Assembly (NCBI GenBank): GCA_973895155.1
Contig: OZ316893.1
Location: forward strand, 11,351,660 to 11,415,659
Length of the DNA: 64,000 bases
DNA from: Marsupella aquatica
Taxonomy: Eukaryota > Plantae > Marchantiophyta
Reading direction: 5' to 3'
Shown: in pieces, positions 13,202-26,362 of the stretch
Position numbering within the stretch: position 1 is the stretch's first letter
Layout: every line of letters starts with the position of its first letter
Notes under the pieces: model-generated
Databases searched by the model: none
Told to the model about the DNA's origin: nothing
Seen by the model: the letters and a program-made list of their open reading frames with translations, nothing else
Position numbers and translations under genes: made by a program

Positions 13202-15346
13202 ATGGGGATTCAAGGTCTGTTGCAGGCTTTAAAGCCCTACGTGGAGCCTGTGCATGTGAGCAAATACTCTGGCCACCGGGTGGGGATCGATGCTTATTCG
13301 TGGCTTCACAAGGGAGCATATGGCTGCAGCTGGCAGCAGTTAAGGGAGGTGGACACCCGACAGAGTAGCGAAAGAATGCCACCGTATGTTATGTACTGTA
13401 TGCACCGAATTAGGATGTTGCTGTACAACAGTATAACCCCAGTTGTGGTGTTTGATGGGGGTCGTCTTCCCTTGAAAGCTCTCACGGAACGAAATCGGAG
13501 AAGGGGTAGAGATGAAAATCTGGAAAAGGCAGAGCAAAAGCTGGCTGAGGGAGATGTGTTGAGTGCCCAAGACCACTTTCAGAAAGCCATCGAAATAACT
13601 CCTGCGATGGCTTATGAACTGATCAAGGTCTTGAGAAGTGAACGAGTTGAGTATGTTGTGGCTCCATATGAAGCAGACGCCCAGTTAGCACACCTTTCCA
13701 CACTGGCCCCAGGGGAGGGAGGTATCTCAACAATTATTACGGAAGACAGTGACCTGCTTGCTTATGGCTGCAAGGTAGTGTTATTTAAGATGGATAAGTA
13801 TGGCAATGGGGAAGAGCTTTGCGTGGATAGAATATTGCAGGGTTGCCCACCTCCTGCGACTGGCATGTCCTTCCGGAACTTCACCCAGGACTTGTTTCTT
13901 GCAATGTGCGTGTTGGCCGGTTGTGATTTTCTTGCATCAGTACCGGGCATTGGAGTGAAAAAGGCACATGCACTTCTAGCCAAGTACCGGAACATCCATC
14001 GCGTTTTGAATAAACTGAAGATTTCCAAACACAACGAGTTTCCTGAAGATTACATCACAAATTTCTGGCAGGCGAAAGCAATTTTCAAACACGCCAGAGT
14101 GTACGACCAAAAATCCAGAAGCTTGATACTCTTGAATCCTTTACCAGATGAGCTCATCAAAGAATTTGGTGGGGACACGGAGTTTCTCGGACCGGACTTA
14201 CCTCAGTCCAGAGCAAGAGCAATTGCCATTGGACAGCTCGATCCCACCACTATGTGCTCCTTTGGTGTGCTGCCGACTAGGACAGAAACTCCGTTTGCCA
14301 TATCAAACAATTCTGACCTTGAATTTATGCAGGCTCAGAAGGAGAAAATTTCTAAGATCCCCAGGGTGGAGCTTCTGCAGCCATTCGGAATGGGCAGCTT
14401 CGAGGAATCAAAGGTTAGCTGTGGGCCAGGGGCGCAATCCCTGCAGTCCATGCCGGTTTTCATGCCAGAAATGAAGATGGAGCCTGGTGTCTCTCGGACC
14501 GTCATGTCCGGTTCTACCCCTGAAGATAAGACGACGGTAGCTGATTTAGAATTGATAGGATCCTCTGGTTCTTGTCAGAGAACTGAAGAAGATGAGGTTC
14601 CCTCCCAGATGAATGGGCAATATATTTCTCAACATGGCATGCGTTTGGCCCTATCCTCCAACAACCCTTTTCGATCCCACCCAGTTGGGCAGACTCTGGT
14701 ATGTCCGGAAATCTCATCACAGGAAAAGGTGGAGTTGAAAGGAAATTTCGTTGGGCTCTCTTATGAAAACCCTGTTTCCAGCACTTTCAATTCTGTTGAA
14801 GATTCACAGCAGTTGTCATCCTCAAGCGAACTCACCCCTATCCATAGCATCATTACGTCGCCTGTATCCCCAGAACTGGCAATTGCTTGCTGCACCACAT
14901 TAGACCAAAGACAGGTGATAGAAAGTTTGGCTCGCGTGAAAAGGTTACATTGCAGCAATTGTGCAGCTTCTCAAAACTCCAGCAATTTTGACGTTTCTGT
15001 TCTGACTGATATCAGCCCAAATACAGTTGCTGTCTCTCGTGCATATGAGTATGAGATAGCAAGGTCACCCAGCTCAGCCCCCATTGATGATATATTAAGG
15101 ACACCCAGCTCAGCCCCGTCGCTTAAGACCAAAGATCCTCGTTTCGAAAGTGGTGGGAAGATGGGCCCAGCGAGATCCATCAGCCGGCCCAGAAAGGCCA
15201 AATCCGCCAGCCAAGTAGATAGAAGAAACTTTGGTGGTAAGAGATCTAGAGACAGCTCCTCCCAAACTCCTTCGGAAAGAGAAGGAAATATACTCAGGTT
15301 TTTCAAGCCTATTCCAACTCCAAAGAAGTTGACTGCCGAATTCTGA
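13202..15346 (+). CDS. EXO1: Exonuclease 1 (XPG/Rad2 family 5'-3' exonuclease), single-exon CDS, 714 aa
   Basis: MGIQGLL...GIDAYSWLHKG; VVVFDGG; VAPYEADAQLA; ITEDSDLLAYG; LAGCDFL.S.PGIG (H3TH). Low-complexity C-terminus ending in PIP-box-like EGNILRFF. Confidence 0.96.
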   Translation: MGIQGLLQALKPYVEPVHVSKYSGHRVGIDAYSWLHKGAYGCSWQQLREVDTRQSSERMPPYVMYCMHRIRMLLYNSITPVVVFDGGRLPLKALTERNRRRGRDENLEKAEQKLAEGDVLSAQDHFQKAIEITPAMAYELIKVLRSERVEYVVAPYEADAQLAHLSTLAPGEGGISTIITEDSDLLAYGCKVVLFKMDKYGNGEELCVDRILQGCPPPATGMSFRNFTQDLFLAMCVLAGCDFLASVPGIGVKKAHALLAKYRNIHRVLNKLKISKHNEFPEDYITNFWQAKAIFKHARVYDQKSRSLILLNPLPDELIKEFGGDTEFLGPDLPQSRARAIAIGQLDPTTMCSFGVLPTRTETPFAISNNSDLEFMQAQKEKISKIPRVELLQPFGMGSFEESKVSCGPGAQSLQSMPVFMPEMKMEPGVSRTVMSGSTPEDKTTVADLELIGSSGSCQRTEEDEVPSQMNGQYISQHGMRLALSSNNPFRSHPVGQTLVCPEISSQEKVELKGNFVGLSYENPVSSTFNSVEDSQQLSSSSELTPIHSIITSPVSPELAIACCTTLDQRQVIESLARVKRLHCSNCAASQNSSNFDVSVLTDISPNTVAVSRAYEYEIARSPSSAPIDDILRTPSSAPSLKTKDPRFESGGKMGPARSISRPRKAKSASQVDRRNFGGKRSRDSSSQTPSEREGNILRFFKPIPTPKKLTAEF

Positions 15347-16848
15347 ATAGATCAATTTATTCTGATTTTTTGAACAGAAAGGGGTTCCATAATCCTCTCT
15401 TTTATGGCTCCGCCTTTCGTTCCTTCTTGCAACAAAATGTTCATTGTGATCACGTGCACTCTAGTCTTTCTCGTTTATCGCTGGAAACTTCTGACTTTTT
15501 TTACATGCGAAAGTTCTCATGTGCTTCTTATACTTGATGTCGTCCAATGAAGTATTCAATTTTAACTATTTCGCCATTATCTCGTTTCTCCGTTCTTTGT
15601 ATCAATGCTGTGTCCTCTCCACAATTTGGGACAAGTTACCAGACAAATAGTTCTCCACTCTGCGAGAAGTTGAGTGGCCCGGAAGTGAAGAGATGCTGAG
15701 GTGAGGCAGAACTGGCCGCCTACTTCTGAATATGGATTTAAACGCATTCGTTGGGAGTCGTGGATTCTGTTGCTGTAACTGTATAATAAAGGTGTTAGTG
15801 CCGTCTGCAAACTCCGTGTGTTGGAAGGTTTCAATGTTGGTCCGTTGCAGCCCTTTCATATTTTTTGTCCGACAAGTCGTATGGTTTCTTGGTTTCTAGC
15901 CATCGAGGATGCTGAAACTTCCTCCAAGCCATGCAGGGGAAGTGGCAACGATGGTCGTGGAGTGAATTCTCGAATAGAGATTGGAGGGGCTAAGATTCAT
16001 TTGGTCTTGGTACCGAGAACGAAACATGTTTGGTAAGCATCCTGTAGTGAAGGATCGAAGACAAATTGCCGTGCGACCTTGGGGCATTCAGATAGAGAAT
16101 TCTTGACCCAATCCTAGTCTCCGAAAAAGAAATCGTAAGAACCTGTGGTAAATATCACCCAGGTATCGCAATGTGTCCTCCCATTCTTCGAGTTGTCAAG
16201 TCGCAAGAGACATGGTAAAACTTCATCTGGGTATCAATTTGTGTCTCCCATTGTTTTAGATATCAATTCGCAAGAGATGATCCTAAAATAGGACATCGTA
16301 TCGTTCAATTTCTTTAATAGAAATTCACACGGTGCTTCGCATTACAAAGTACTCATCATGAGATGTCACGTCACGTCAAGAGAAGGACTATCAGGAATCA
16401 GAGGATATAATAAGCAGACCCAGAGGCCCAAACATGATCCTGTCCATTCCGAGACTCCACATAGGATTTATAATCACAAGAGATTGACGTAATCGGTACC
16501 GTCTCTTTCTCACAGACATATCTAAGAAGTACTGACAAAGACTGCGGGTGTCAATCATGAACTGCAGCTTTAATACCTGTTTGGAAACATAGGACCCACA
16601 GCCGTACATGTGGAGAATCCTTAATCACCGACAGAAGCTTTGCAACATCTTTGGAAGCATAGGACCCAAAGCTGTACATGTAAAGAATCCTGGCTTTTAT
16701 CGATGTATTGTTTATCAGTTCTCTCTAGACAATCAAACCTCCTAATGGCCTGATAAAGACATTCACTTAATAATAAGTTGCAGAAGGACCTATGAGACGA
16801 CCCGCACTTTCAAAGTGCTCGGGTGGAGAGGGAGTTTAGTCACTAGTA

Positions 16849-19800
16849 TCAATACTTTTCATATTTGTAGGAGTTGAATTCAACCCAATCTGAAGCAATG
16901 GGTCCCAATAATTCCAAGGGAATCCCAAAAGAGTCAACAAGAGATAACGCGTATGGCCTAAGCTCAGAGCATGCAGTTGCAACCTCCTGATGAATGATTT
17001 GCGATTGCGATGTTGATAGCAACCCATACCTGCAAGAGTCACGAAAGAAAATATTAGATAGAAGATGGACAGATTGTGCACATACCATGGTCAATACTCA
17101 ACTTGTGCGAACTCTGGGTGATTATCTTGCAAACCTTAACAATGAGACGTCTAGGTCTGTTATACAGATCCTAAATCACTCTAGCTTTTGGCACAACACT
17201 CACCTCAAGAACGCAGATGACTCGTCAATCACACTTAGCACATATAATGTCCTCAACAAGGCAAGAATTTTCTGCAGATTATCATCGGATTCCAGCTCGT
17301 GTCAGGTATAAGATAGAGGGTTCCAAAAGGCCGGGCGAGCAAGTAGTCGCTGTCATATCAAAATAACATGGCTCGGAATACAATTTATATTTGCTCTGAT
17401 TTGATGAACAATATTGGCCACCGAAGCCTCGCGGTTCACATTAAAAATGCAGAAAGACTGATATCTCATGCGTGTGATGATTGTATAGGTGATCCAAAGT
17501 GATAGCGGTTGGAAGTAAAGTCTTCATCACGAGAATGAAGCTGGGACAGACCTTGATTGCGTCCGATGTTCCTTTCTCGCCAGCAATATGAGCTTCGAGA
17601 ACTTGCTTCTCAGCAGAAGCCTCGCCCAATCTCCCTCCCAATTGATAGCTCTGTTAACAGGTCGGAGTTTGAAGTAAACAACTAAATCCCTGTACTCCCA
17701 ATTCAGTGCCGGGACTAGAAGAAACGAGTCGTGCCCCAGGCAGTTGCAGATTTCAATGTTTCAATGCTTACCGTCGCATCATGCACAGTCAAACATTTGA
17801 AATCATTTACCTGATTGGCTGCCTCTGCCGGTGACGATCCTCTTTGAATTCGTTGTGTAACATCTTCTGCAAGCCTCTCCAGCAATACTCTTTCCCGTAG
17901 TTGCAATAACGCAAGCTATTTCAGAATAACATTGCTGTGTGGGTCAGTATTACGAAATAACCAATAAAACGAGTGAAAACTATCGACATTATTCTCAGAG
18001 ACCTATGGTGCACGGTAATCAATATCTTCTAACGAAGGATGATTCCGCTTGCAGCCCGCTCCGTTGATGAGGATGACAAACGGACATTGCATACCTGAAA
18101 CTCTGGGTTCCGCAGCGTGGAACTGTCCAATTGAGCCGGAACAATTACTGGGGGTTTATTCATGTGCTCCAAGCCGATAGTCTTCATGGGTTTGTTTCTC
18201 TTTAGAGCGGTGAAATAATCGGCTAATAAGGCCTTGCTAACCTGCGGAAAAGGTGGCTCATCAGACATTGGTCACTGTACATATATCTTAAGTCGCTTGT
18301 GTAAAGAAGCACCTAGTTGGTAAAAACTGTAGGGCTTGTTACCTGCTGCATCAAGACGTTGTTGTCACCTTCAAATGTCAGTTGAACGTCATACTCGGAC
18401 TTAATTTGTCCAACTCTGTTATCGGTTTTCAAACCCTGACCACCGCAAGCCTCCCGACATTCCTGCACAGGTGAACCGCGTGAGAATTTCTATGATGGCG
18501 TGCCCGTTGTGCTAGCGGCTGCTCTCAATTCAGAGGCCTATGGAGACTTGACCTGTTTTGGGGTATGGATTTTTGAATCTCCATAACAACTCCATAACAA
18601 CACTTTTTACTCACACTAACTAGAGAGTCCTGAACCAGAGCACTGATCCACTAGAAGCTGCTCCACATCAAAATTGAAAAAACTAAGCGATAAGCTTCAG
18701 AAGTTTGCTGACGTTACTGACAGGTGTCAGTAATGCGGACATTTCGGTCAGTACCTGAGCAGTTCGCATCATATGCCACGAGAGCAGTGCTTTATAACCG
18801 CTGGACAGCACGTGAATGGTCTTTGCATCAGCTGGTGTTCTGTTAGCGTAAAAAATCTTCAATTTGTTGCCGGCAAAGCTCATAGCATACCTGGAAAAAC
18901 AAGACCACGAGACTCAAACTTCTGTCCAGTGACTAAGCTTGTGTAATCAGCAAAAGACTTTCGCAACCAATGTAGACTACTGAAAGTGAGCCACGAGACT
19001 AATTCAGAAAACCAGACAATGGGTTCTCACGTTTTAGCCAGTAAAGTCAATAGTCGCTGTTGGTGACTTGGATAGTCAAGTAGTAACACCTCTGGCTCCC
19101 CTTCTGCAACAGAAAAGGCGCGCCTTGAGAGAGCATACCGAATCGCTGTTGCCAGAGCAACCTGATCCAGGTGCAAAACGCAAAACCCAAACGTCAACGA
19201 CACATGAATGGCATCAACTCTTTGCATACTTGGAAAGAAGAAACACGGTGTTCCAAGGGCGTGGTAGATTTACCTTCGCTTGATAGACAGCGGTGGCTGC
19301 AATCACTATGCGACCGGTGGTCAGAGGAGCCATAAATGCCCCGAATCTCTGGAAACAGACACAAATAACAAGTCAAGGTGAAATATCCATTTATCCAGGA
19401 CCCGGTGTTACCAGGGCTCACACTGTAAAGACTGCCCATACTAAACACTATCAATTACTGATGGAAAGTCGCAGCTGCGCTACTCTTGAAAGGCAAATGT
19501 AAAATTACCGTGGCAGCATACGGAAAACACCGTGGGAATAAGATGCTCCATATAAAGCTAGATAATGTACGATCAGATAATAAACAATTTTCGAATGGAA
19601 TTGAATCCAGTTCATTCTTTCCAGTATGGCCAAAGGCAATCCATCTCCGCAAGCAGGCGCCAATTGTTTGTTGAGATTGCATGAAGTACCTGAACTTTAT
19701 CTTTAATCGAGCTCTCATAGTTCCCCTCCGGAGTAACGTCCGCAACAGAATTGAGGAGGTTTTCTCTGGGTACCCGGACATGGTCAAACCTGACGAAATC

Positions 19801-22508
19801 AAAGAAAACCACTTCAACAATCGCTCAAGTTTTTCATCAAAATTGGCACCGAAAACAAGCTTGTTGTAGAAATGCCGAATTTGACAATATGAACAACAGC
19901 GAGTGATATGACTACATTACAAACCATTCGTCGAAATCTAAACAAACTTCAGTCACACAATACTGAATGTGAATTTCTTTAATACGGTAGACAGGGAAAG
20001 AAAGAAGAACCCTACCAATTGGCCCCACCACAGTACACACTTTGGCTTTCGATATTTCAATAATATTTGACACAAGGGATTAAAAAATCTCACCAAAGAC
20101 GTCCATTGTCCACTCCATTTAGCCCTATTTTATGACCGCAGTCTGCTACTTTCACTCCCCGACAGATCTGACCGTTCGGCTCTCTAATCTGACATATAAA
20201 TGCATGCACGCCCTCATTTCTTCCGCCAATATGCAGCTGAGAGAAGACGATCGTGTGGGTTGCATGCTGCCAATAGAACCAGAGAGGTGAGTTTTTTTGT
20301 GTTCTCAGAAGTTGCATTGATCACACAACGGCGTCATGGAAAGATTGGTCCAATCACTAGGAGCAACACAAGAAGAAGATACTAATACTCTGATTTATAC
20401 AACATAGAGGCCTAGCAATTGTTTACCTGCGCAGCTCCACCAATCCAGTACTTCTGGGCAGACTCACATGGAGTATTGATTATAAACTCCTGAGTTGCAG
20501 GATCATAAGTTGTTACTGTCTCAATGCCCCGAACCTGCCGAACGAAGAACATGTTGCTTTACATAGGCTTAACACTATTCATGTGGGCAAAGAGCTTTTC
20601 AAGCCACCATTTTGTTTCCTCAGAACGCCACCATTCTTCTGGACCAGTGGTCAGGATAGTTGTCGTCATGGCAGAGTATATTTGTGATAACAATTGACAA
20701 AAATAATGCTCTATTACCCAAAGCAACCAGCGTTATAATTTGCAAAGAGCTGAGAGGGCAACAATTGTTCTCAATGCATTTTGAATCACCTAGACACACG
20801 GTCAATCGGCTTTCGAATTCCCTTAAGACTTGGAAGATATAATGCATCAAGAAAGATCCCTTTGATTCCATTTTTTATGATTGCTTTGTTCAACAAACCA
20901 CGACCCATGCAAAAAATCATAAAGTGACGTTGGATGCTTACATTGCTGCCATGCCCGAGCTCAGTCATCGCAAAGCAGCCTCGGATGGCATAGTCCTCTG
21001 TAGCTTGCAGCCACTTGTCATGATGCCGCTTCGTCCCAAAAAATAGGACAGCTCCACCCCTATGACCGAAAAAACAACGTTCAGCTGTATGCATGACATT
21101 CGACTCATTTTTTATACCCTCATTCAGATTTTTTTAGCTAAACTCTTCCGAGTGTTCTGTCAGTTTAGATATGATTGGTGCCTTCGTATGGAAGTGTCGC
21201 AAACATCCACTCCGAACCAGTACTCAGAATCACGAAACTCAGCTACGAATGAAACCCTGTTTTCAGGACAAGATTCCGCAAAACTTACCGTGATCCTGGA
21301 AGGTAGCTCTTTGAACCAAAAATTTCACCAATCCGGAAATAGAAAGAATACCAGTTTCGAAATTGAAAATGGTAAGGACTGAAAGGCATCATTACATTTG
21401 CGATTATTTTGCGACCACGGGCTTAAAGCAAGCTGTACAGATATGAACTCTACTGTACATATGGTAAACCTAAACCCTTGACAAAAGCACTCACCACAAA
21501 TGAATATGGACCCCTGCTTTAATAGACGAGGAATGGTCGAACAAGGCAAGACATTCGAAGAAAGCTGATGTCTGCAATTGCTGTTCAGGTGTGGCGTTGG
21601 TCAGACTGCCTTTGAATAATCCATGCTCTTTGAAGTAAAGTAGCCTGTCCATCGTTAGCTGTCTCTGCGTGTCTAACGAGTCGTTGTAATTGGCTTGCAG
21701 ATAAGTCAGATCACCGACAGTTTTGTAATGGAACAGTTTACTCTGTCTCATTAAATCGAAGATTTTATCTCTAAATTCGACATCATGTCCATCCATTAGC
21801 TCGCGCATGGAGGAGATGTCAAATGCGGATTCTCCTGCAAGATAAACCGAACAGTTAGTGGCATTGTCCGCCTGTCTTCAGTACACAGTTAACAAGTGTT
21901 GTTACTCACATTTTGATTGGTCTCGGTTTTCGACTAGTTCCTCTGTGCCCAACCCCAACTCTCCCCTTCCTGTTTCTCATAATTTTTCAAAGCGACTAGA
22001 AATGCATAGTGTGAAAAATGTCCCGAAACGATGAACTATTGGGCACTGGAGAAATCTAGGACGTTCAGCAGGTGCTACCCCACGAAACTGAACCAGAAGC
22101 CAGTCTTTCAATATGACTCCTTGATCTATGACGCAAAAAACAAGAACCTCCTTAGCCTTCATTGCCATTCTTGTCACCTCTCTGACCGTTTTTCTCTCAA
22201 TCTGGCTCCTTTACCACGTTCACCGTCTGGCTCTTGCCTTAAGTGGCGAAATGCATACTGAACGATTGGTTGATTCTTTGCTACTGCTGGAGCTAAGGCA
22301 GAAGGGAGATTTGCAATATTTTCTCCCTGTCAAGCAAAATGGAACTCTGGGGGATGGTTTCACCTGAGTTGGCTTCAGGAGGCGCATACTGCAAACAGGG
22401 GACACTTTCCAAAGCCCGTTGATGATTATGGGCTATCTGCGAAAAATGCCTTGCCAGAACGGAAGTTCTTCGAGATAGGCGCTCTCTTTTGTTCTCCATT
22501 ACATCCAT
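16849..22508 (-). CDS. ACX3: Peroxisomal acyl-CoA oxidase, ACX3-like, about 15 exons (first 22508-22364, last ~17030-16849)
   Basis: Exon peptides: [10 protein letters not shown] (PTS2-like), GVHIHLW|[99 protein letters not shown]. Alternative start ATG at 22499. Confidence 0.94.
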
Positions 22509-23219
22509 CCTCACAAATTTGAGCGACACACAATCTCTTTCGTTCTCTCCCTCCCTCCCTCCCTCGTCCTCTGTTGGATTGCAATTCAACTCTGTGCCTT
22601 AGAACTCGAACCAATGCTGAATTTTCACCTCCATGTAATCTCTGCTACTTGCTCATCGACGGCCAAACAAGTCCACAACAACTCTCGTCTGTCGCAGAAG
22701 AAAGTCAAGGTCCTGCTGCGCACGCAATTCGAGCTTGTCCGACACGTGATTTACACTGATCTCATCCGAATCACAATGAATTACATCTTCTCTCTCTCTG
22801 TTGTGACAGGGCACCCACAAACCCACCAGGAGGACTTGTGTCACCACCCCTACGTGAACCAACATAGACCGAATATGGTCCTAAATGTGATCCAACAAAG
22901 ACGCCCCTGTTCGAGCGTACTTGGGACTCACCAACCTCTAGTAGGCTGACCAACTCACTTGGGTGGTGGAGAGAGGTCTTTGGGGCTCGTAATTCCTGTC
23001 AGGAGAAGAGGTTACCAGTGTGTAACCATTTCTGGAGGGGCTAGTGCAGGTCTGGGCTGGGGTTATAGACTGTAACCTGCTCCCGGAATATTCAAAGAAG
23101 CTTTCCGGCTACCACCAATCAGCTTCTTTTCATATTCCGGACGCAAGGTTACAGCCTAGTAACCCTGCGCCCACACTTGCATTGCCCTATACTTTCTCAT
23201 CATTCCGCCTTCTTGTTCC

Positions 23220-23795
23220 TCTCCCTTTCCATTTATTGGGTTGTTTTGCCTTTGGGACCCCTCCCTTTCCCTTTATTGGGTTGCTTGTCTTTTGGGACCC
23301 TGTCCCCCTATTTTGATTCACTCCCTTTCCCTTTATTGGGTTGCTTTGTCTTTGGGGCCCTGTCTCCTGGCTTGGTGTTTTAGTTTGGTTTGCACACTTA
23401 TATATATCTTGGACTCTATCTTGGTTCTATTGTTTTCCCCCCATGTTGGCCTTTTGGGATCCGTCTCTGTTGATTACCCCCCATGATTGGGTTTTTGGCC
23501 TTTGAGATCAGTCTGTGTTGCTTTCCACGTGATTGGGTTTTTTGGCCTTTGAGATTAACCTGTGTTGTTTTCCCCCCATGATTGGGTTTTTGGCCTTTGG
23601 GATCCAGTCTTGTCTCTGTTGGTTTTCTCCCCACTATTGGGGTTTTGGCCTTTGGGATCAGTCTCTGTTGTTTTTCCCCCATGATTGGGTTTTGGCCTAT
23701 GGGATCAGTCTCCCCCATGATTGGGTTTTTTGCCTTTGGAATCAGTCTATGTTGTTTTTCCCCAATGATGGGGTGTTTGGCCTTCGGAATCCTGT
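23220..23795. repeat. Minisatellite array upstream of ACX: 3x CTCCCTTTCC.TTTATTGGGTTG, then ~8 copies of an ~50-bp unit
   Basis: Unit CCCCATGATTGGGTTTTTGGCCTTTG(G/A)GATCAGTCT..GTTG.TTTT near 23437, 23478, 23530, 23573, 23630, 23677, 23712 and 23760. Confidence 0.9.
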
Positions 23796-23800
23796 TTCCC

Positions 23801-24002
23801 GGGTAAGGCGCTTTTTGTCATTTTACAGTGATTTGTAACAATATATCTTGGAGTGTTTCCTTTGGCATGTGCAGTCTTTTGTCCCCTAATTGGCATCCTC
23901 AGGGTAAGGCGCTTTTTGTCATTGTACAGTGATTTGTAAAGATACATCTTGGACTGTTTCCTTTGGCATGTGCAATCTTTTGTCCCCTAGTTTGCATCCT
24001 CA
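23801..24002. repeat. Tandem duplication of ~101 bp
   Basis: GGGTAAGGCGCTTTTTGTCATT.TACAGTGATTTGTAA...TTTCCTTTGGCATGTGCA.TCTTTTGTCCCCTA at 23801 and 23902. Confidence 0.9.
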
Positions 24003-26362
24003 CTGGCTTCTTTAAACCACTACTCGCATAAGGGGGAAGTGTCAAAGACTCCCTCCTTTTTGCACAGTCCACTCACGTTTCTCCTATACCGTGTCAGTTT
24101 GTTCCACAATTTCAGGAAAATATACTTTTAATGGTAGCAACTGATAACTGGTGGCTTATAAAGGGACTCAAGGTGGATTAAACATTGGGTCTGTTGCCTT
24201 AAAGAGGCTCCCGCATTGAGTTTTCTTTGTTTGGCCATGCCTCTATTGATTTTAAGGTCCCTAGACAAAAATTCTTCTTGAATGATGACCCTCCTATGTG
24301 GTTTACTATGAAGCTTAATTTACCAGAATTCTCAGTTTGTCGCTTGTTGAGGCCTTTTGCCAGTGTTGGGGACTCTTGGGTTTTACTGGCTTTATGGGCT
24401 AGGTACCTGGGGTTTTCCCTGTTGTCTCAGTTTGGTGCTTTTGTTCTTTGGCAGTATGATAAATAGAGTTGGTATACATAGTGAAACTAAAACCCCGCTG
24501 TCCAAATGAAACCTTGATCCACTAGGTTAAATGAAACCTTGATCCACTAGGTTTCATCGTCCTTGTTCACCATTAATAGTACTAACGTTTTCCATGACGT
24601 TGTGGAGGAGACTGGTACTCTAGAAGGAAGGTGTGAGTAAAATCTTACTCATAAAGCACCAATTACAAGCTAGAGTTGGGTCCTAGGCTAACCTTTCTAG
24701 AATGAAGCCTTAGACAGTAACTCATGACAATGAATGTCAAATGATAAGCATTATGCTTTTTGTCATGATTTTTACCCGGACTTCTATTTACATCAAAAAA
24801 TGAGCTTTATGGTCACCCTGACATATGTGCATACAAAGAGTGATGTGCATAGAAAAGAGTATGGTCTGTTATATATGATTATTAAAATGATTACATGCAT
24901 GCTTGCTTTTTTTTATCATTTCATTACCCTTCAAAGAATGTGAATAAGGAATAAATTTTGGTGACATTTTTATTGTCCTCCTCACTATTCATGTTCAAAG
25001 GACGGGCAGCCGGGGCTAGTGTGGAAAACAGAGGAAGTCTTGGACACTTATGCTTATATATGGCCGGTGGTGGTTTGACATACTCTACCGCACTTGAGTA
25101 GGGTGGACTCCTCGTCGTGCAATTATGGATATACTTTTCTGGAAAGTTTGAATGACATTTATAATTATAAGAACACAATCATGGTGTTTTCAACCCGGTT
25201 TTCAATTCTCTGAAAAACTGTATTATAAATTACAGAAGCATACAATTTAATGGCAAAATTAGTTTTGAATATTAACAAGAGATTTTTATGTGAGAAATAA
25301 TATTTAAGGGGTAGAGGGCTGGGGGGGGGGCGAGGGGTTCCATTCTCAGGGGGGTTCACTAGTTATACCAAGAGTGAAGGCCCAGGGTTATGGACAATAA
25401 ATTCAGGAGATATATCAAACACGTTGCTACAATAGCTTCTAATTAAGTGTTTTGCTCATCTCAATATTGCTTTGGACGGTCAATTACTACCTAGAAACTG
25501 GTCTCTATCCCTTGCCAGTCCTATGTACAGTAATTGCTCTGGAACTTATAATGTCACCAATATTGGCCGCTATGGTGTGAAATCTTTAACTAAGGTAATT
25601 AATACACAATCATCCCAATCATGCACTATTGAGTTTAAGAGTAAAATGTGCACTGACAGAGGCTTTAGCCTACTTTTTATAGAGCCCAGTTATCAAGATC
25701 AAGGGCACAATGTCTCTTACATCCTGGCAATAATTAATTCCAGCCAAGAAATTGCTTCTCTTTTATTGAAGTTTTCCATTTATACCCTAAACTCCTGGTA
25801 GGCAACTCTTGTATACTAGGCAGGGGGTCTATTATATGATCATAAAGCCTATAGAAACAGGAGTTGCTTACCGTGGTCCTCAACTCAGACACTAAATGAC
25901 TGTCTGTTATTCATAAGGCTAGCTATTGGGCATTCTTGAATCAAGCATCCCTATATTAAGTGAAGGAGGCTGGGCAGTACAAGGCTACAACCTCAGAAAT
26001 TAAACATCTCTCACAATAATGTTTTGCTGAACTACTCTAGATGCCCGCTCAACTAACTACCAATCTCCCATTCTCCCTAGATAGTTTTGTTGAAAATTGT
26101 GAGGGAGTTCGAGTCAAATCTGTTTGACAAGAAACAGCAAAGTATCGGTCACTACATTGGTTCAATGGGAGAGAAACTCCAGCTAGCAACTACAATGATG
26201 CTTTGCAGAACACAAAGAACTCCACACTTCATAGGTAATTAAATAAGTGCAAGCGTTTCTGTGTAAAGAAACAACGAACAAAAATAATGGAGAAATTAAA
26301 GGAAGCTATAACCGCAGTTTGATTACCTGAGAGACATCATGCGACACGAGTAGAAACTTCAC

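Noticed and set aside
2839-15346. RDR and EXO1 as a functional divergent gene pair
   Set aside because: Start codons are ~5.8 kb apart with repeat-derived DNA between; adjacency alone does not imply a shared system in plant genomes.
22802-24110. Possible solo LTR starting TGTGACA upstream of ACX
   Set aside because: No matching terminus with a target-site duplication found.
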